DNA from: an uncultured Bifidobacterium sp.
GTDB lineage: Bacteria > Actinomycetota > Acidimicrobiia > Acidimicrobiales > Ilumatobacteraceae
Direction of reading: 5' to 3'
Assembly (NCBI GenBank): GCA_964513585.1
Contig: CAZENK010000002.1
Span: 14,293 to 78,292, forward strand
Length of the DNA: 64,000 nucleotides
Shown: piece by piece, positions 39,365 through 49,180 of the stretch
Numbering within the stretch: the first letter of the stretch is position 1
Layout: the number at the start of each line of letters is the position of its first letter
Made by a program: the position numbers and the translations under genes
Notes under the pieces: generated by a model
The model's database searches: none
The model's input: only the letters and a program-made list of their open reading frames with translations
What the model was told of the DNA's origin: nothing

Positions 39365-40249
39365 ATGGACAACACCAACAACGAGGCATCCTCGCCCGAG
39401 GTCATCACCCCGGGTGTCCCGGCTGACGCAACCGCAATCCAGGACCGCACACAGCGCAACGCCGGCAATCTCGAGGTCTCCCGCCGCGGAGGTCTCGAGG
39501 CCGTGGGTGTGCACGCATGGTTCAACAAGCACCACGCCCTCGCCGACGTGTCGTTGCACTTCCCGGAGAACACCGTCACGGGCCTCATCGGCCCGTCGGG
39601 TTGTGGCAAGTCCACCTTCCTGCGCCTGTTGAACCGCATGCACGAGTTCATCCCGAAGGCTGCAATGGCCGGCGAGGTGCTCTTCGAGGGCAACGACATC
39701 TATGCGCCCGGGGTGAACCCGATCGAGATCCGCCGCCGAATCGGCATGGTGTTCCAGAAGGCGAACCCGTTCCCGGCGATGAACATCGGTGAGAACGTGA
39801 CCGCCGGGCTGAAGCTGGCGCGCGTGAAGGTTGACGACAAGGACGCACTCATCGAGGAGTGCCTCACCCGCGCCGGACTGTGGAAGGAAGTGAAGGACCG
39901 ACTGAAGGCCCCGGGCGGATCGTTGTCGGGAGGCCAGCAGCAGCGTCTGTGCATCGCGCGCGCCCTCGCCCTGAAGCCCGATGTGTTGCTGCTCGACGAG
40001 CCCTGCTCGGCTCTCGACCCGGGCTCCACGCTGCGTGTCGAGGAGACCATCGTGCAACTGTCGGAGACCATGACGATCGTGATCGTCACCCACAACATGC
40101 AGCAGGCAGCACGCGTGAGTGACTACTGCGCGTTCTTCCTGTCGGACGGTGGCCCGGGTCGGCTCATCGAGGCCGACCTGACGACGAACATGTTCTCGAA
40201 CCCGTCCGACAAGCGCACCGCTGACTACGTGCAGGGCCGTTTCGGCTGA
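39365..40249 (+). CDS. pstB: phosphate ABC transporter ATP-binding protein PstB
   Basis: Walker [10 protein letters not shown], signature [15 protein letters not shown], Walker [13 protein letters not shown]. Confidence 0.9.
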   Translation: MDNTNNEASSPEVITPGVPADATAIQDRTQRNAGNLEVSRRGGLEAVGVHAWFNKHHALADVSLHFPENTVTGLIGPSGCGKSTFLRLLNRMHEFIPKAAMAGEVLFEGNDIYAPGVNPIEIRRRIGMVFQKANPFPAMNIGENVTAGLKLARVKVDDKDALIEECLTRAGLWKEVKDRLKAPGGSLSGGQQQRLCIARALALKPDVLLLDEPCSALDPGSTLRVEETIVQLSETMTIVIVTHNMQQAARVSDYCAFFLSDGGPGRLIEADLTTNMFSNPSDKRTADYVQGRFG

Positions 40250-40255
40250 TCGGTC

Positions 40256-40310
40256 GTTCACTGACTGTTCACCGAAACATCGTGGGCAGTTCAGCGCGAT
40301 TCAGTCCCGG
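40256..40310 (+). promoter_or_regulatory. PHO-box-like direct-repeat array upstream of pstS
   Basis: GTTCACTGACT (40256), GTTCACCGAAA (40267), one non-matching unit, GTTCAGCGCGA (40289) and ATTCAGTCCCG (40299). The 11-nt phasing is kept. The array ends 57 nt before the pstS ATG. Confidence 0.6.
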
Positions 40311-40366
40311 CGAAAACTCGGCCCCGTACCTTCTCCATCGGGAACACACCCAGAAGGAGAAACCAC

Positions 40367-41737
40367 ATGAAACTTCGTCGTAAGTTCGTTGCCGCGGCTG
40401 TGCTCGCAGCCGTTGCGAGCGTCACGCCGGTGAGCCAGGCAAGTGCCAACACACCGATCGGTGGTGGGGGAGCAAGCTTCCTCGCCAACATGATGGACAT
40501 CTGCGCCGCTCTCTACAACCGCAGCTCGCAGTTCAACCCGGGCCAGAACACGGTCACCTATGCATCGGTCGGATCGAGCGCAGGTCGAACCAACTTCGCG
40601 AACGGCACCTACAAGTTCGGCGGTTCAGAGTCGGCGTATCCGTCCGGAGCTGCCCCTGCGAACCTCGTGTACGTGCCTCTGGTCGGTGGTCCGATCGCAA
40701 TCGGCTACCGGGTCGACGGACTCAGCCCCGCGAACGCCCAGGTCCGTCTCACCGGTGAACTCGTGGCGAGGATCTTCGCAGGCCAGATCACCAAGTGGAA
40801 CGACCCGGCAATCGCAGCAGTGAACAAGGCAACATCGGTTCCGCGTCGTCTGTCGGTGACGAAGGACGGAGTGACGGTCCAGGTCGCCAAGAAGGGCAAC
40901 AGGGTCACGTTCACCACGACCATGACCGCAGCCGCCCGTACCAAGTACAGGAACGCCAAGCTCGTCATCACGCGTACCGCACTGAACGGCTCGCCGAAGA
41001 TCGCACAGTCCTCGCGTCCCGCTGCACGCTTGACGCGCACGATCGCATACGCAAAGGACACCGTGTACAAGGCGAAGATCGGCCGCACGTCGATCGGCGT
41101 TCTCGCGGTGGAGCAGGTGCGTGACGGTGTCACCATCTCCTTCCCTGACCTGCCGATCCGCGTGGTGCACCGCAGTGACGGCTCCGGCACCACGAACAAC
41201 TTCGCCAACTACCTGAACAGGTCGTTCCCGTCAATCTGGACCAAGCCCACGAGCGACACCTTCGCAACGGCCTTCCCCGGCACCGTGCCGACCGACGGAT
41301 CCTTCCAGTCGGCCCGCGGCAACGAGGGTCTGGCGAACTACGTTCGTGACAACAACGGCGCGATCACGTACGCCGAGCTGTCGTTCCTCGACGAGCGCGG
41401 GGTCAAGTCGGCAGCCGTGATGAACCCGGGCAAGCGGTTCGTCGCGCCGTCGCCGGTGAGCTCGGCAGTGTGGTTCGAGTCGGCTGAGGTCGCCGAGTCG
41501 GGTCTCGTGACCCAGAACTTCGCGAACACCGCGATCGATGCATACCCGATCAACGCGATCTCGTATGGGCTCTCGTCGCGCACCGTCTCCAACGACAACA
41601 CGGCGGTGAAGAGCTTCTTCAGCTTCTTCCTGACCCAGTGCGCACCGAAGAACGCCTCGGGCGCCGGGTACACCGCACTGCAGGGCGCAATCCTGCAGAA
41701 GGCGCTCAGCCAGGTCGCCAGGATCAGCGCGGGCTGA
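40367..41737 (+). CDS. pstS: phosphate-binding protein PstS with a large internal insertion
   Basis: AAGGAG upstream, then a signal peptide. PstS blocks GGGASF, YASVGSSAGRTNFANGTYKFGGSE, ITKWNDPAI and VVHRSDGSGTTNNF. 456 aa. Confidence 0.8.
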   Translation: MKLRRKFVAAAVLAAVASVTPVSQASANTPIGGGGASFLANMMDICAALYNRSSQFNPGQNTVTYASVGSSAGRTNFANGTYKFGGSESAYPSGAAPANLVYVPLVGGPIAIGYRVDGLSPANAQVRLTGELVARIFAGQITKWNDPAIAAVNKATSVPRRLSVTKDGVTVQVAKKGNRVTFTTTMTAAARTKYRNAKLVITRTALNGSPKIAQSSRPAARLTRTIAYAKDTVYKAKIGRTSIGVLAVEQVRDGVTISFPDLPIRVVHRSDGSGTTNNFANYLNRSFPSIWTKPTSDTFATAFPGTVPTDGSFQSARGNEGLANYVRDNNGAITYAELSFLDERGVKSAAVMNPGKRFVAPSPVSSAVWFESAEVAESGLVTQNFANTAIDAYPINAISYGLSSRTVSNDNTAVKSFFSFFLTQCAPKNASGAGYTALQGAILQKALSQVARISAG

Positions 41738-41758
41738 TTCCCCGAACCAGAACACACG

Positions 41759-41800
41759 GAGTGGCCCGGTGCATCGGCACCGGGCCACTCTGCATTTCTC
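41759..41800 (+). terminator. intrinsic terminator after pstS
   Basis: 14-bp perfect stem: GAGTGGCCCGGTGC (41759-41772) pairs with GCACCGGGCCACTC (41777-41790). Loop ATCG, then TGCATTTCTC. Confidence 0.75.
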
Positions 41801-41815
41801 GGGCAGAATGGGTGC

Positions 41816-43195
41816 ATGACCGCACTCGAGATCCGCAACCCCGCAACAGGCGCCGTCGAGGGTTCGGTGAACCTGCAATCGGTCGACGAGTGTCTCGATG
41901 CTGCTGCACGTGCGCACGGGGCCTTCCCCTCGTGGCGGGTGCGCACGGGGCGGGAGCGCGGGGAGATGCTGCGGCGCGCCTACGAGACCATGGTCGCCGA
42001 ACAGGACACCCTCGCTGAGCTGATCGTGCGGGAGAACGGCAAGGTCCTCGCCGATGCAAGAGCCGAGGTTCTCTATGCGGCGGAGTTCTTCAGGTGGTTC
42101 GGCGAGGAGGCCGTGCGCATCGACGGCGACCTGCGGCGTGCCCCGAACGGCTCCCACTGGTTCGCCGTGACACGGGAGCCCGTGGGTGTCGCGCTGTGCA
42201 TCACACCATGGAACTTCCCTGCGGCAATGGCAACCCGGAAGATCGGCCCCGCACTGGCGGCAGGCTGCACGGTGCTGTTGAAGCCCGCGATGGAGACACC
42301 GCTCGCCGCGCTCGCGATCGCCGACATTCTCCACCGGTGCGGCGTGCCCCGTGATGTGCTGCAGGTGATCACCCCCGATCCGCCCGGTGATGCGGTGCAG
42401 GCGCTGCTGACGAGCGGACTGGTGCGCAAGCTGTCCTTCACGGGCAGCACGCGCGTGGGTTCGGTGCTGCTGTCGCAGGCCGCGGCACGCGTGGTCAACT
42501 GCTCGATGGAGCTCGGCGGCAACGCGCCGTTCATCGTGTGCGACGACGCCGATGTCGATGCCGCAGTCGACGGTGCCATGGTCGCCAAGATGCGCAACGG
42601 CGGGGCAGCGTGCACGGCAGCAAACCGGTTCTTCGTGCATTCATCGGTGCACGACGAGTTCGTCGACAAGTTCGTCGCGCGCATGTCGGCCCTGGTGCTC
42701 GGCAATGGCCTGGGCGACGGTGTCACCCTCGGGCCACTGGTGAGTGCTGCACAGCAGGCGCGCGTCGCATCGTTGATCGATTCGGCCGTCTCTCACGGTG
42801 CCCGCGTCGCCTGCGGGGGCGGTGTGACCCCGGCCCCGATGCACGGTGTGCAGGCGACGGTGCTCGTCGATGTTGCGCGGGACAATCCCGTGCTCGCCGA
42901 GGAGATCTTCGGCCCGGTGGCACCGATCGTGCGCATCGATGACGTGGAGGGTTCGCTCCCTGATTTCAACGGTGTGGACCACGGGCTCGTGTCGTACGTG
43001 TACACGCGGGACACGGGGCGGGGCATGAGGCTGGCGAACCAACTCGAGACCGGAATGGTCGGGCTGAACAGGGGCCTGGTGTCGGACCCGGCGGCGCCCT
43101 TCGGAGGTGTCAAGGCTTCGGGGCTCGGCCGCGAGGGAGCGCACGACGGTCTGCTCGCCTTCCTCGAGACAAAGTACGTATCAACTGAGTGGTGA
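41816..43195 (+). CDS. NAD(P)-dependent aldehyde dehydrogenase, succinate-semialdehyde dehydrogenase-like
   Basis: ITPWNFP, ELGGNAP, catalytic Cys in NGGAACTAANR, EEIFGPV. 459 aa. Confidence 0.8.
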   Translation: MTALEIRNPATGAVEGSVNLQSVDECLDAAARAHGAFPSWRVRTGRERGEMLRRAYETMVAEQDTLAELIVRENGKVLADARAEVLYAAEFFRWFGEEAVRIDGDLRRAPNGSHWFAVTREPVGVALCITPWNFPAAMATRKIGPALAAGCTVLLKPAMETPLAALAIADILHRCGVPRDVLQVITPDPPGDAVQALLTSGLVRKLSFTGSTRVGSVLLSQAAARVVNCSMELGGNAPFIVCDDADVDAAVDGAMVAKMRNGGAACTAANRFFVHSSVHDEFVDKFVARMSALVLGNGLGDGVTLGPLVSAAQQARVASLIDSAVSHGARVACGGGVTPAPMHGVQATVLVDVARDNPVLAEEIFGPVAPIVRIDDVEGSLPDFNGVDHGLVSYVYTRDTGRGMRLANQLETGMVGLNRGLVSDPAAPFGGVKASGLGREGAHDGLLAFLETKYVSTEW

Positions 43196-43219
43196 CCGAC
43201 CCCTAGTAATCTCGGCGCC

Positions 43220-43756
43220 ATGAGCGAGCAGACCGACACCCAGCACGCCTGGCTGAACCCGGAGGACATCCAGGCAGTGCGGAACCAGGTGCCGCTCGTC
43301 TATGTCGATGCGGTGCCCGTGCGCACGGACCACGACGGCACGGTCACGCATGTGGGCATGTTGCTGCGCCAGGCCGCCGACGGAACCATCAGCCGGATGG
43401 TGGTCTCGGGGCGCGTGCTCCTGAACGAGCGCATCCGCGACGCTCTCATGCGCCACCTCGAGAAGGACCTCGGTCCCATGGCTTTCCCGCGCGTGCCGCC
43501 CGAGCCCTCACCGTTCACCGTCGTCGAGTACTTCCAGGACCCGTCGGTCTCGGGTTTCTTTGACCCCCGGCACCATGCGGTCAGTCTGGCGTTCGTGGTA
43601 CCGGTCACCGGCGAATGTCATCCGACACAGCAGGCGCTCGACCTTGCATGGTTCACCCCGGAACAGGCCGTGAGCAAGGACGTCATCCGCGAGATGACGA
43701 GCGGTCACGACCGTCTCATTCGTCTGGCACTTGCATCGGTCGGTCAACTTCCCTGA
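43220..43756 (+). CDS. NUDIX-fold-like protein without a canonical Nudix box (DUF4916-like, tentative)
   Basis: 178 aa. N-terminal VPLVYVDAVPVR...VGMLLR resembles the first strands of the Nudix fold. No GX5EX7REUXEEXGU motif is visible. Confidence 0.4.
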   Translation: MSEQTDTQHAWLNPEDIQAVRNQVPLVYVDAVPVRTDHDGTVTHVGMLLRQAADGTISRMVVSGRVLLNERIRDALMRHLEKDLGPMAFPRVPPEPSPFTVVEYFQDPSVSGFFDPRHHAVSLAFVVPVTGECHPTQQALDLAWFTPEQAVSKDVIREMTSGHDRLIRLALASVGQLP

Positions 43757-43771
43757 ACTACTCTGAGGGTC

Positions 43772-44668
43772 GTGCCCGAGGGAGACACGATCTATCGAGC
43801 AGCCGCCGCGTTGCGAACTGCGCTTGTCGGCCGCACTGTCTCTGCGTTCCGTGCCACCCGGTTGGTCGGCCCTGTGCCGCGACCGGGTTCGGCCGTCGAG
43901 CGGGTCGAGAGCCACGGCAAGCACCTCGAGATGGTCTTCGACGACGGGATCGTGCTGCACACGCACATGCGCATGACCGGCTCATGGCATCTGTACCGAC
44001 CGGGTGAGAAGTGGCGGAAGCGCAGGCACCTCGCACGTGTGATCATCGAGACCGATGAATGGGTCGCCGTGTGCTTCAGCGCACCGGTGGTCGAGACGTA
44101 CCGTGAGTTCGACCAGACGCGTCACCCGCGATCGGGTCGGCTCGGTCCCGACCTGTGCAACGAATCCGCCGACCTGCACGAGTGCGCCGCGCGTCTGTTC
44201 CACTACGACAGACCCGAGGCCACGATCGCAGAGGCGTTGCTCGACCAGCGGGTCATGAGCGGCGTGGGCAACGTGTTCCGGTGCGAGGTGCTGTGGGCAT
44301 GCGGGATCCACCCGTGGGCGAAGGTCGCGAACGTGCCGCAGTCCACGTGTCTCGATCTGGTGTTGACCGCGGCAACGCAGCTGCGCGCCAATCTCGACTC
44401 ACCCGTGCGCGTGACTGCCCCCGATGTTCCCGGTGGTCTCGCTGTGTACGGTCGCAACGGCCAGAAGTGCGTGCGCTGCGGTGATGTGATCCGTCTCACG
44501 AAGATGGGCGAGATGGCCAGGCTGCTCTACTGGTGCCCTGGTTGTCAGGTCGGGTGTGAGCCCTACCCGGAGCGCGACGACAGTGATCCGATTGCACGGG
44601 CCATCGACCCGCACCCGGCCGGCACGCAGTTCGTCAGCGAGATTCTGCGGTCCCGCAACGCGTCGTAG
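43772..44668 (+). CDS. Fpg/Nei family DNA glycosylase (endonuclease VIII-like)
   Basis: N-terminal MPEGDT catalytic motif, H2TH region, and C-terminal zinc finger CVRCGDV...YWCPGCQ. Confidence 0.8.
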   Translation: MPEGDTIYRAAAALRTALVGRTVSAFRATRLVGPVPRPGSAVERVESHGKHLEMVFDDGIVLHTHMRMTGSWHLYRPGEKWRKRRHLARVIIETDEWVAVCFSAPVVETYREFDQTRHPRSGRLGPDLCNESADLHECAARLFHYDRPEATIAEALLDQRVMSGVGNVFRCEVLWACGIHPWAKVANVPQSTCLDLVLTAATQLRANLDSPVRVTAPDVPGGLAVYGRNGQKCVRCGDVIRLTKMGEMARLLYWCPGCQVGCEPYPERDDSDPIARAIDPHPAGTQFVSEILRSRNAS

Positions 44669-44671
44669 CGC

Positions 44672-45058
44672 TCAGGCCCTGCCCATCACGCGGTCGACTG
44701 CGATCTCGATTGCCACGCGGTCCTCGCGCTCGCCCGGTTGCCGGTAGCGGGCGGCGTACCCGTTCACTGCTGCTGCCACGCGGTCGGGGTCGGCGGTGCC
44801 GCTCACGGTTCCCTCGAGTGTGAGCCACCTTCCGCCGTCGACCTGGCTGACGACAGCGCGGCCGCCGCGCAGGGCGTTCCTGTACTTGGTCGACGACGCG
44901 AACGTGATGACGCGGACCGTGCGTGCCGCATGGTCGTACGAGAACCCCACCGGCACCACGTGGGGTGATCCGTCGGTGCGGAACGTGGTGAGCGAGGCCA
45001 GGTGGTACTCGCGCAGGAACGCGAGCATCTCGTCGGTGAGGTCCGCCGGTGTCTTCAT
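44672..45058 (-). CDS. pyridoxamine 5'-phosphate oxidase (PPOX) class, probably F420-dependent, family protein
   Basis: LASLTTFRTDGSPHVVPVGF block, about 128 aa. The ATG lies 1 nt after the stop of the upstream permease gene. Confidence 0.65.
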   Translation of the reverse strand: MKTPADLTDEMLAFLREYHLASLTTFRTDGSPHVVPVGFSYDHAARTVRVITFASSTKYRNALRGGRAVVSQVDGGRWLTLEGTVSGTADPDRVAAAVNGYAARYRQPGEREDRVAIEIAVDRVMGRA

Positions 45059-45059
45059 C

Positions 45060-47600
45060 TCAGTTGGTGTTGAGCGCATCGAGCATGTCGACCTTCGTGG
45101 CGCGCCAGGCCGGGTACACGGCCGCAAGAACGCCAACGATGAACGACATGATCATGATGACCACGGTGGTGTCGACGGGAACCTCGAACGAGGTGAGGCC
45201 CTGGTCGCGCAGTGCGTACACGATGACCCAGCCCAGACCGATGCCGAGCACGATGCCGAGCACGGCACCCAGCAGCGATGTGATCACGCTCTCCCAGCGC
45301 ACCGTCGTGCGCACCTGTGACCTGGTCATACCGACGGCGCGCAGCAGGCCGATCTCGCGCTGGCGCTCGAACACCGACAGCAGCAGGGTGATGATGATGC
45401 CGACGACGGCGATGATGACCGAGAGGAACAGGAGTCCGTAGATGAGGCCGAGAAGCTGGTTCACCTGGCCGGCCTGTTCGTCGATGTACTCGTCCTTCGA
45501 GAGCAGCTTGCCCTGGCCGTAGTCGTCAATGGCCTTCTGCAGTTCGGCACGCACGTCACCCGCATCGGCGCCCTTCTCGAGGGTGATGTACACGGCGAAG
45601 TCGAAGCTCGAGACCGTGGTGCCGGCGAATGTCTCGCGGTTGATGACCCGGTTGCCGGCGAGATCGTCGTTCACATAGGTCGCACGCACCGTGAGGTCAC
45701 GGGTCACGCCGTCACCGAAGGTCACGGGAATCACCGAGCCGACCTTCAGGCCGTCGCGTTCCGCGAGCGACTGCGACACTAGGATGCCGTCCTTGTCGAG
45801 CACCGAGTAGTCGGCGTCGACCAGACCGATGTCGAAGTTGCCGCCGATGGTTGCGGGCGTGATCACCGTGAGTGTGCGGCCCTTGTCGTTGATCTTGGTC
45901 AGCACGGTGCCGACACCCGTTGCATCGTCGACCCCGGGGATCTCGGAGAGCGAAGTCGCGAGATCAGGACTCAGGCCACCGAAACCCTGGGCCGCGACGC
46001 TGATGGCAAAGTCTCCCTTGAACTGGTCGGTGAAGATGTCGGAGATCTGGCCGTTGATGCTCGCTGCCAGTGCTGACACTGCTGTCACGAGTGCCACACC
46101 GATGAGAACCGGAGCCGATGTCCGTGAGGTGCGCTTCGGGTTGCGGGCCGCATTCTGACGGGCCATGCGACCGGTGACGCCACGCATGTTCTCTGCGGGC
46201 TTGCCGAGGACCAATGCGACGGGGCGTGCGATCATCGGCCCGAGAACGATGGTCCCCACGAACACGAAGAGGATGCCGAAGCCGAGCCAGTTGTTCGAGG
46301 CCCCGCCCACCACCGCAACGATGACAGCGACGCCGAGGGCGATGCTGCCGAGTCCCCATGCGAGGCGCACCTTGCCGGGTCCGGCGGTCTCGATGGCGGT
46401 GGCACGCATTGCGGCCAGCGGCGGCACCTTGCCGGCGCGGCGTGCGGGCAGCACTGCCGACAGAACGGTCACGATCAGGCCGACGATGACCGTGTTCATC
46501 AGGGTCGATGCGGTGATGACGAGACCGCCGCTCGGGATCTCGAAACCGATTGCCGGCAGGGCAACCGACAGCAGTTTGGAGATGCCGATGCCGCCGACGA
46601 AACCGGCGAGAGAACCGAACAGACCGACCACCACCGACTCGATGAGCATTGACCGGGTGACCTGGCTGCGGTTGGCCCCGAGCGCGCGGAGGAGTGCGTT
46701 CTCCTTCTGGCGCTGTGCCGCGCTGATCGAGAACACGTTGTAGATCACGAAGCTGCCGACACCCAGTGCAATGACACTGAAGATGGTGAGGAAGATGCTG
46801 AAGAACGACAGCGCCTCACCGATGTCATCCTGGGTCTCCTTGGTGATCTCGGCACCGGTCAGGGTCTCGATCTTCTGCTCGGGGTCGAACATCGCGTCGA
46901 TGTCGTTCGCGAGCGCCTCATCAGAGCGCGTGCCGTCACCCACGACCAGGATCGCGTCGACGAAGCCGGGCTTGCCCAGGAACTCGGCGGCGGTCGGCAC
47001 GTCGAACAACGCGAACGTGGCACCGCCGGGCGAGCGCACGTCACCGTACGAGGCGATGCCCACCAGTGTGAACGTGCGGCTTCCCGCTTGCGCCACGATC
47101 TTCACCGTGTCACCCAGCACGTAGCCGGCTTCTTCCGCAGATGCCTCGTCGAGTGCGACATCGTTCGGTCCGCTGGGGAAGCGACCCTCGGTGATGGTCC
47201 ACAGCGCACCCTCGAACTCGACAGCGACGCTTCCGAACGTGGGCGGCCCTGCGCCCTCGGTGCCGATCGGCTTGCCGTCCTTGCCGATGATGCGCGCGAA
47301 CGCCTGGATGTCAGGGACTGCATCGCTGACGCCGGGAACCGCACGCACCTTGTCGACGACCTCTGCGGGGATGCGCTGGCGCTCGATCAGGCCGAAGTCG
47401 CCCTCGACCACCTGTGTGGACCGCACGTACCCGTCGATGTTCTTGAACACGTCCTGGAACAGGTTGTTGAAGGTGCGGTCGAGTGTCGCCGAGAACACCG
47501 AGGTGCCCGACAGGAAGGCCGTACCGAGGATGACGGCGAGTGACGTGAGCACCAGGCGCGCCTTGCGCCCGAGGATGCTCTTCAGTGCGATGCGGAACAT
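45060..47600 (-). CDS. ABC transporter permease with two FtsX domains (MacB-like)
   Basis: 846 aa. N-terminus MFRIALKSILGRKARLVLT. Two four-helix FtsX modules, each preceded by a large extracytoplasmic domain. Confidence 0.85.
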   Translation of the reverse strand: MFRIALKSILGRKARLVLTSLAVILGTAFLSGTSVFSATLDRTFNNLFQDVFKNIDGYVRSTQVVEGDFGLIERQRIPAEVVDKVRAVPGVSDAVPDIQAFARIIGKDGKPIGTEGAGPPTFGSVAVEFEGALWTITEGRFPSGPNDVALDEASAEEAGYVLGDTVKIVAQAGSRTFTLVGIASYGDVRSPGGATFALFDVPTAAEFLGKPGFVDAILVVGDGTRSDEALANDIDAMFDPEQKIETLTGAEITKETQDDIGEALSFFSIFLTIFSVIALGVGSFVIYNVFSISAAQRQKENALLRALGANRSQVTRSMLIESVVVGLFGSLAGFVGGIGISKLLSVALPAIGFEIPSGGLVITASTLMNTVIVGLIVTVLSAVLPARRAGKVPPLAAMRATAIETAGPGKVRLAWGLGSIALGVAVIVAVVGGASNNWLGFGILFVFVGTIVLGPMIARPVALVLGKPAENMRGVTGRMARQNAARNPKRTSRTSAPVLIGVALVTAVSALAASINGQISDIFTDQFKGDFAISVAAQGFGGLSPDLATSLSEIPGVDDATGVGTVLTKINDKGRTLTVITPATIGGNFDIGLVDADYSVLDKDGILVSQSLAERDGLKVGSVIPVTFGDGVTRDLTVRATYVNDDLAGNRVINRETFAGTTVSSFDFAVYITLEKGADAGDVRAELQKAIDDYGQGKLLSKDEYIDEQAGQVNQLLGLIYGLLFLSVIIAVVGIIITLLLSVFERQREIGLLRAVGMTRSQVRTTVRWESVITSLLGAVLGIVLGIGLGWVIVYALRDQGLTSFEVPVDTTVVIMIMSFIVGVLAAVYPAWRATKVDMLDALNTN

Positions 47601-47604
47601 GGGG

Positions 47605-48345
47605 TCAGTTGCCCAGGCTCTTCATCCGGTCGAGCACCTTCTCCGCGGTGGGCTCGAGCATCTCACCGGCGACCTTGCCGTCAGCGAGGAACACGATGCG
47701 GTCGGCGTACGCGGCGGCAACCGGGTCGTGCGTGACCATCACGATGGTCTGGCCGAGTTCGTCGACGGCCATGCGCATGAACTTCAGGATCTCGCTGCCG
47801 GTCGTGGAGTCGAGGTTGCCCGTGGGCTCGTCGGCGAGGATGATGCGCGGCTTGCTCGCAAGTGCGCGGGCAACTGCGACCCGCTGCTGCTGGCCGCCCG
47901 ACAGCTCGCTCGGCCGGTGCGACAGGCGGTCGTTCAGGTGCACGGTGGAGATCACCCGCTGGATCCACTCTTCGTCGCCGCTCTGGTTGCCGAGCAGAAG
48001 CGGCAGCCGGATGTTCTCGTCCGCGGTGAGCGTGGGCACCAGGTTGAACGACTGGAAGATGAAGCCGATCTTCTCGCGGCGCAACTGCGTGAGTGCCTTG
48101 TCGTTCAGTGTGGAGAGGTCGACGTTGTCGATGATCGCGCTGCCAGAGGTGAGCGAGTCGAGACCGGCGATGCAGTGCATGAGGGTCGACTTGCCCGAGC
48201 CGCTCGGGCCCATGATCGCAGTGAACTGGCCGGCATAGAACTCGACGCTCACGTCGTCGAGAGCGTGCACCACGCCCTCGTCCTTTCCGTAGGTCTTGAT
48301 GGCGTGCGACGCCGAAGCAGCAACGGTCAGGGTGGGGGAAGTCAT
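47605..48345 (-). CDS. ABC transporter ATP-binding protein (MacB/LolD-type)
   Basis: Walker A GPSGSGKST, signature [15 protein letters not shown], Walker B ILADEPTGNLD. Start taken as MTSPTL (48345). Confidence 0.9.
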   Translation of the reverse strand: MTSPTLTVAASASHAIKTYGKDEGVVHALDDVSVEFYAGQFTAIMGPSGSGKSTLMHCIAGLDSLTSGSAIIDNVDLSTLNDKALTQLRREKIGFIFQSFNLVPTLTADENIRLPLLLGNQSGDEEWIQRVISTVHLNDRLSHRPSELSGGQQQRVAVARALASKPRIILADEPTGNLDSTTGSEILKFMRMAVDELGQTIVMVTHDPVAAAYADRIVFLADGKVAGEMLEPTAEKVLDRMKSLGN

Positions 48346-48355
48346 GGGAACAAGT

Positions 48356-48390
48356 CTGTCGGCGTCAGGTCCGTGACCCAACGCCGACAG
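48356..48390 (-). terminator. 10-bp hairpin between the peroxiredoxin and ABC genes (possible terminator/attenuator)
   Basis: CTGTCGGCGT (48356-48365) pairs with ACGCCGACAG (48381-48390). The loop is 15 nt. There is no clean U-tract. Confidence 0.35.
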
Positions 48391-48450
48391 CAAGAAAAGA
48401 CAATGAATTCGGGGTGAATCATGCAGGCACGACCCTGCAGACTCACATCT

Positions 48451-49083
48451 TTACTTCGGCTGCGGAAGCACCCTCAGGTACGGCTTCACCGTCTTCCATC
48501 CCTGGGGGAAGAGAGTCTTTGCCTCGTCATCGGAGACGGCCGCACCGATGATCACGTCATCGCCGTTCTCCCAGTTCGCGGGGGTGGCGACCTTGAACTT
48601 CGCGGTGAGCTGCAGCGAGTCGATCACGCGCAGGATCTCGTCGAAGTTGCGTCCGGTCGAGGCCGGGTAGGTGATCGTGAGCTTCACCTTCTTGTCCGGG
48701 CCCACAACGAACACCGAGCGCACGGTCATGGTGTCGTTCGCGTTCGGGTGGATCATGTCGTACAGGTCCGCAACCTTGCGGTCGGCATCGCCGATCATGG
48801 GGAAGTTGACGGCGGTTCCCTGGGTCTCTGCGATGTCGGCCTCCCACTTCTCGTGCGAGTCCACGGGGTCGACCGACAGGCCGATGACCTTCACGTTGCG
48901 CTTCTCGAACTCGGGCTTGATGCGTGCCACGTAGCCGAGCTCCGTGGTGCAGACCGGGGTGAAGTCCTTCGGGTGGCTGAACAGCACGCCCCAGGAGTCG
49001 CCGAGCCATTCGTGGAAGTTGATGGTTCCCTGCGTCGTGTCCGCGGTGAAGTCGGGCGCGGTGTCCCCGAGTCGAACTGCCAT
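48451..49083 (-). CDS. 1-Cys peroxiredoxin (Prx6-like, AhpC/TSA family)
   Basis: MAVRLGDTAPDF, active site FSHPKDFTPVCTTE. About 210 aa. Confidence 0.9.
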   Translation of the reverse strand: MAVRLGDTAPDFTADTTQGTINFHEWLGDSWGVLFSHPKDFTPVCTTELGYVARIKPEFEKRNVKVIGLSVDPVDSHEKWEADIAETQGTAVNFPMIGDADRKVADLYDMIHPNANDTMTVRSVFVVGPDKKVKLTITYPASTGRNFDEILRVIDSLQLTAKFKVATPANWENGDDVIIGAAVSDDEAKTLFPQGWKTVKPYLRVLPQPK

Positions 49084-49180
49084 GGTGTGCTCCTTCTGAG
49101 TCTGTGGTGTCCCCGAGGATACGGCGGTTTTCCCAAAACCCGACAAGTTTGGTCGGGAATCACCTGCCGGGTGACGGGAG

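Noticed and set aside
37743-39389. 548-aa ORF on the minus strand
   Set aside because: It is antisense to pstC and pstA and is a shadow ORF. The same reasoning applies to 30758-31918 (antisense to livH), 41231-42640 (antisense to the pstS 3' end and the aldehyde dehydrogenase), 47191-48417 (antisense to the ABC genes), 61706-62818 (antisense to the S8 peptidase) and 6314-7549 (antisense to the amidohydrolase).
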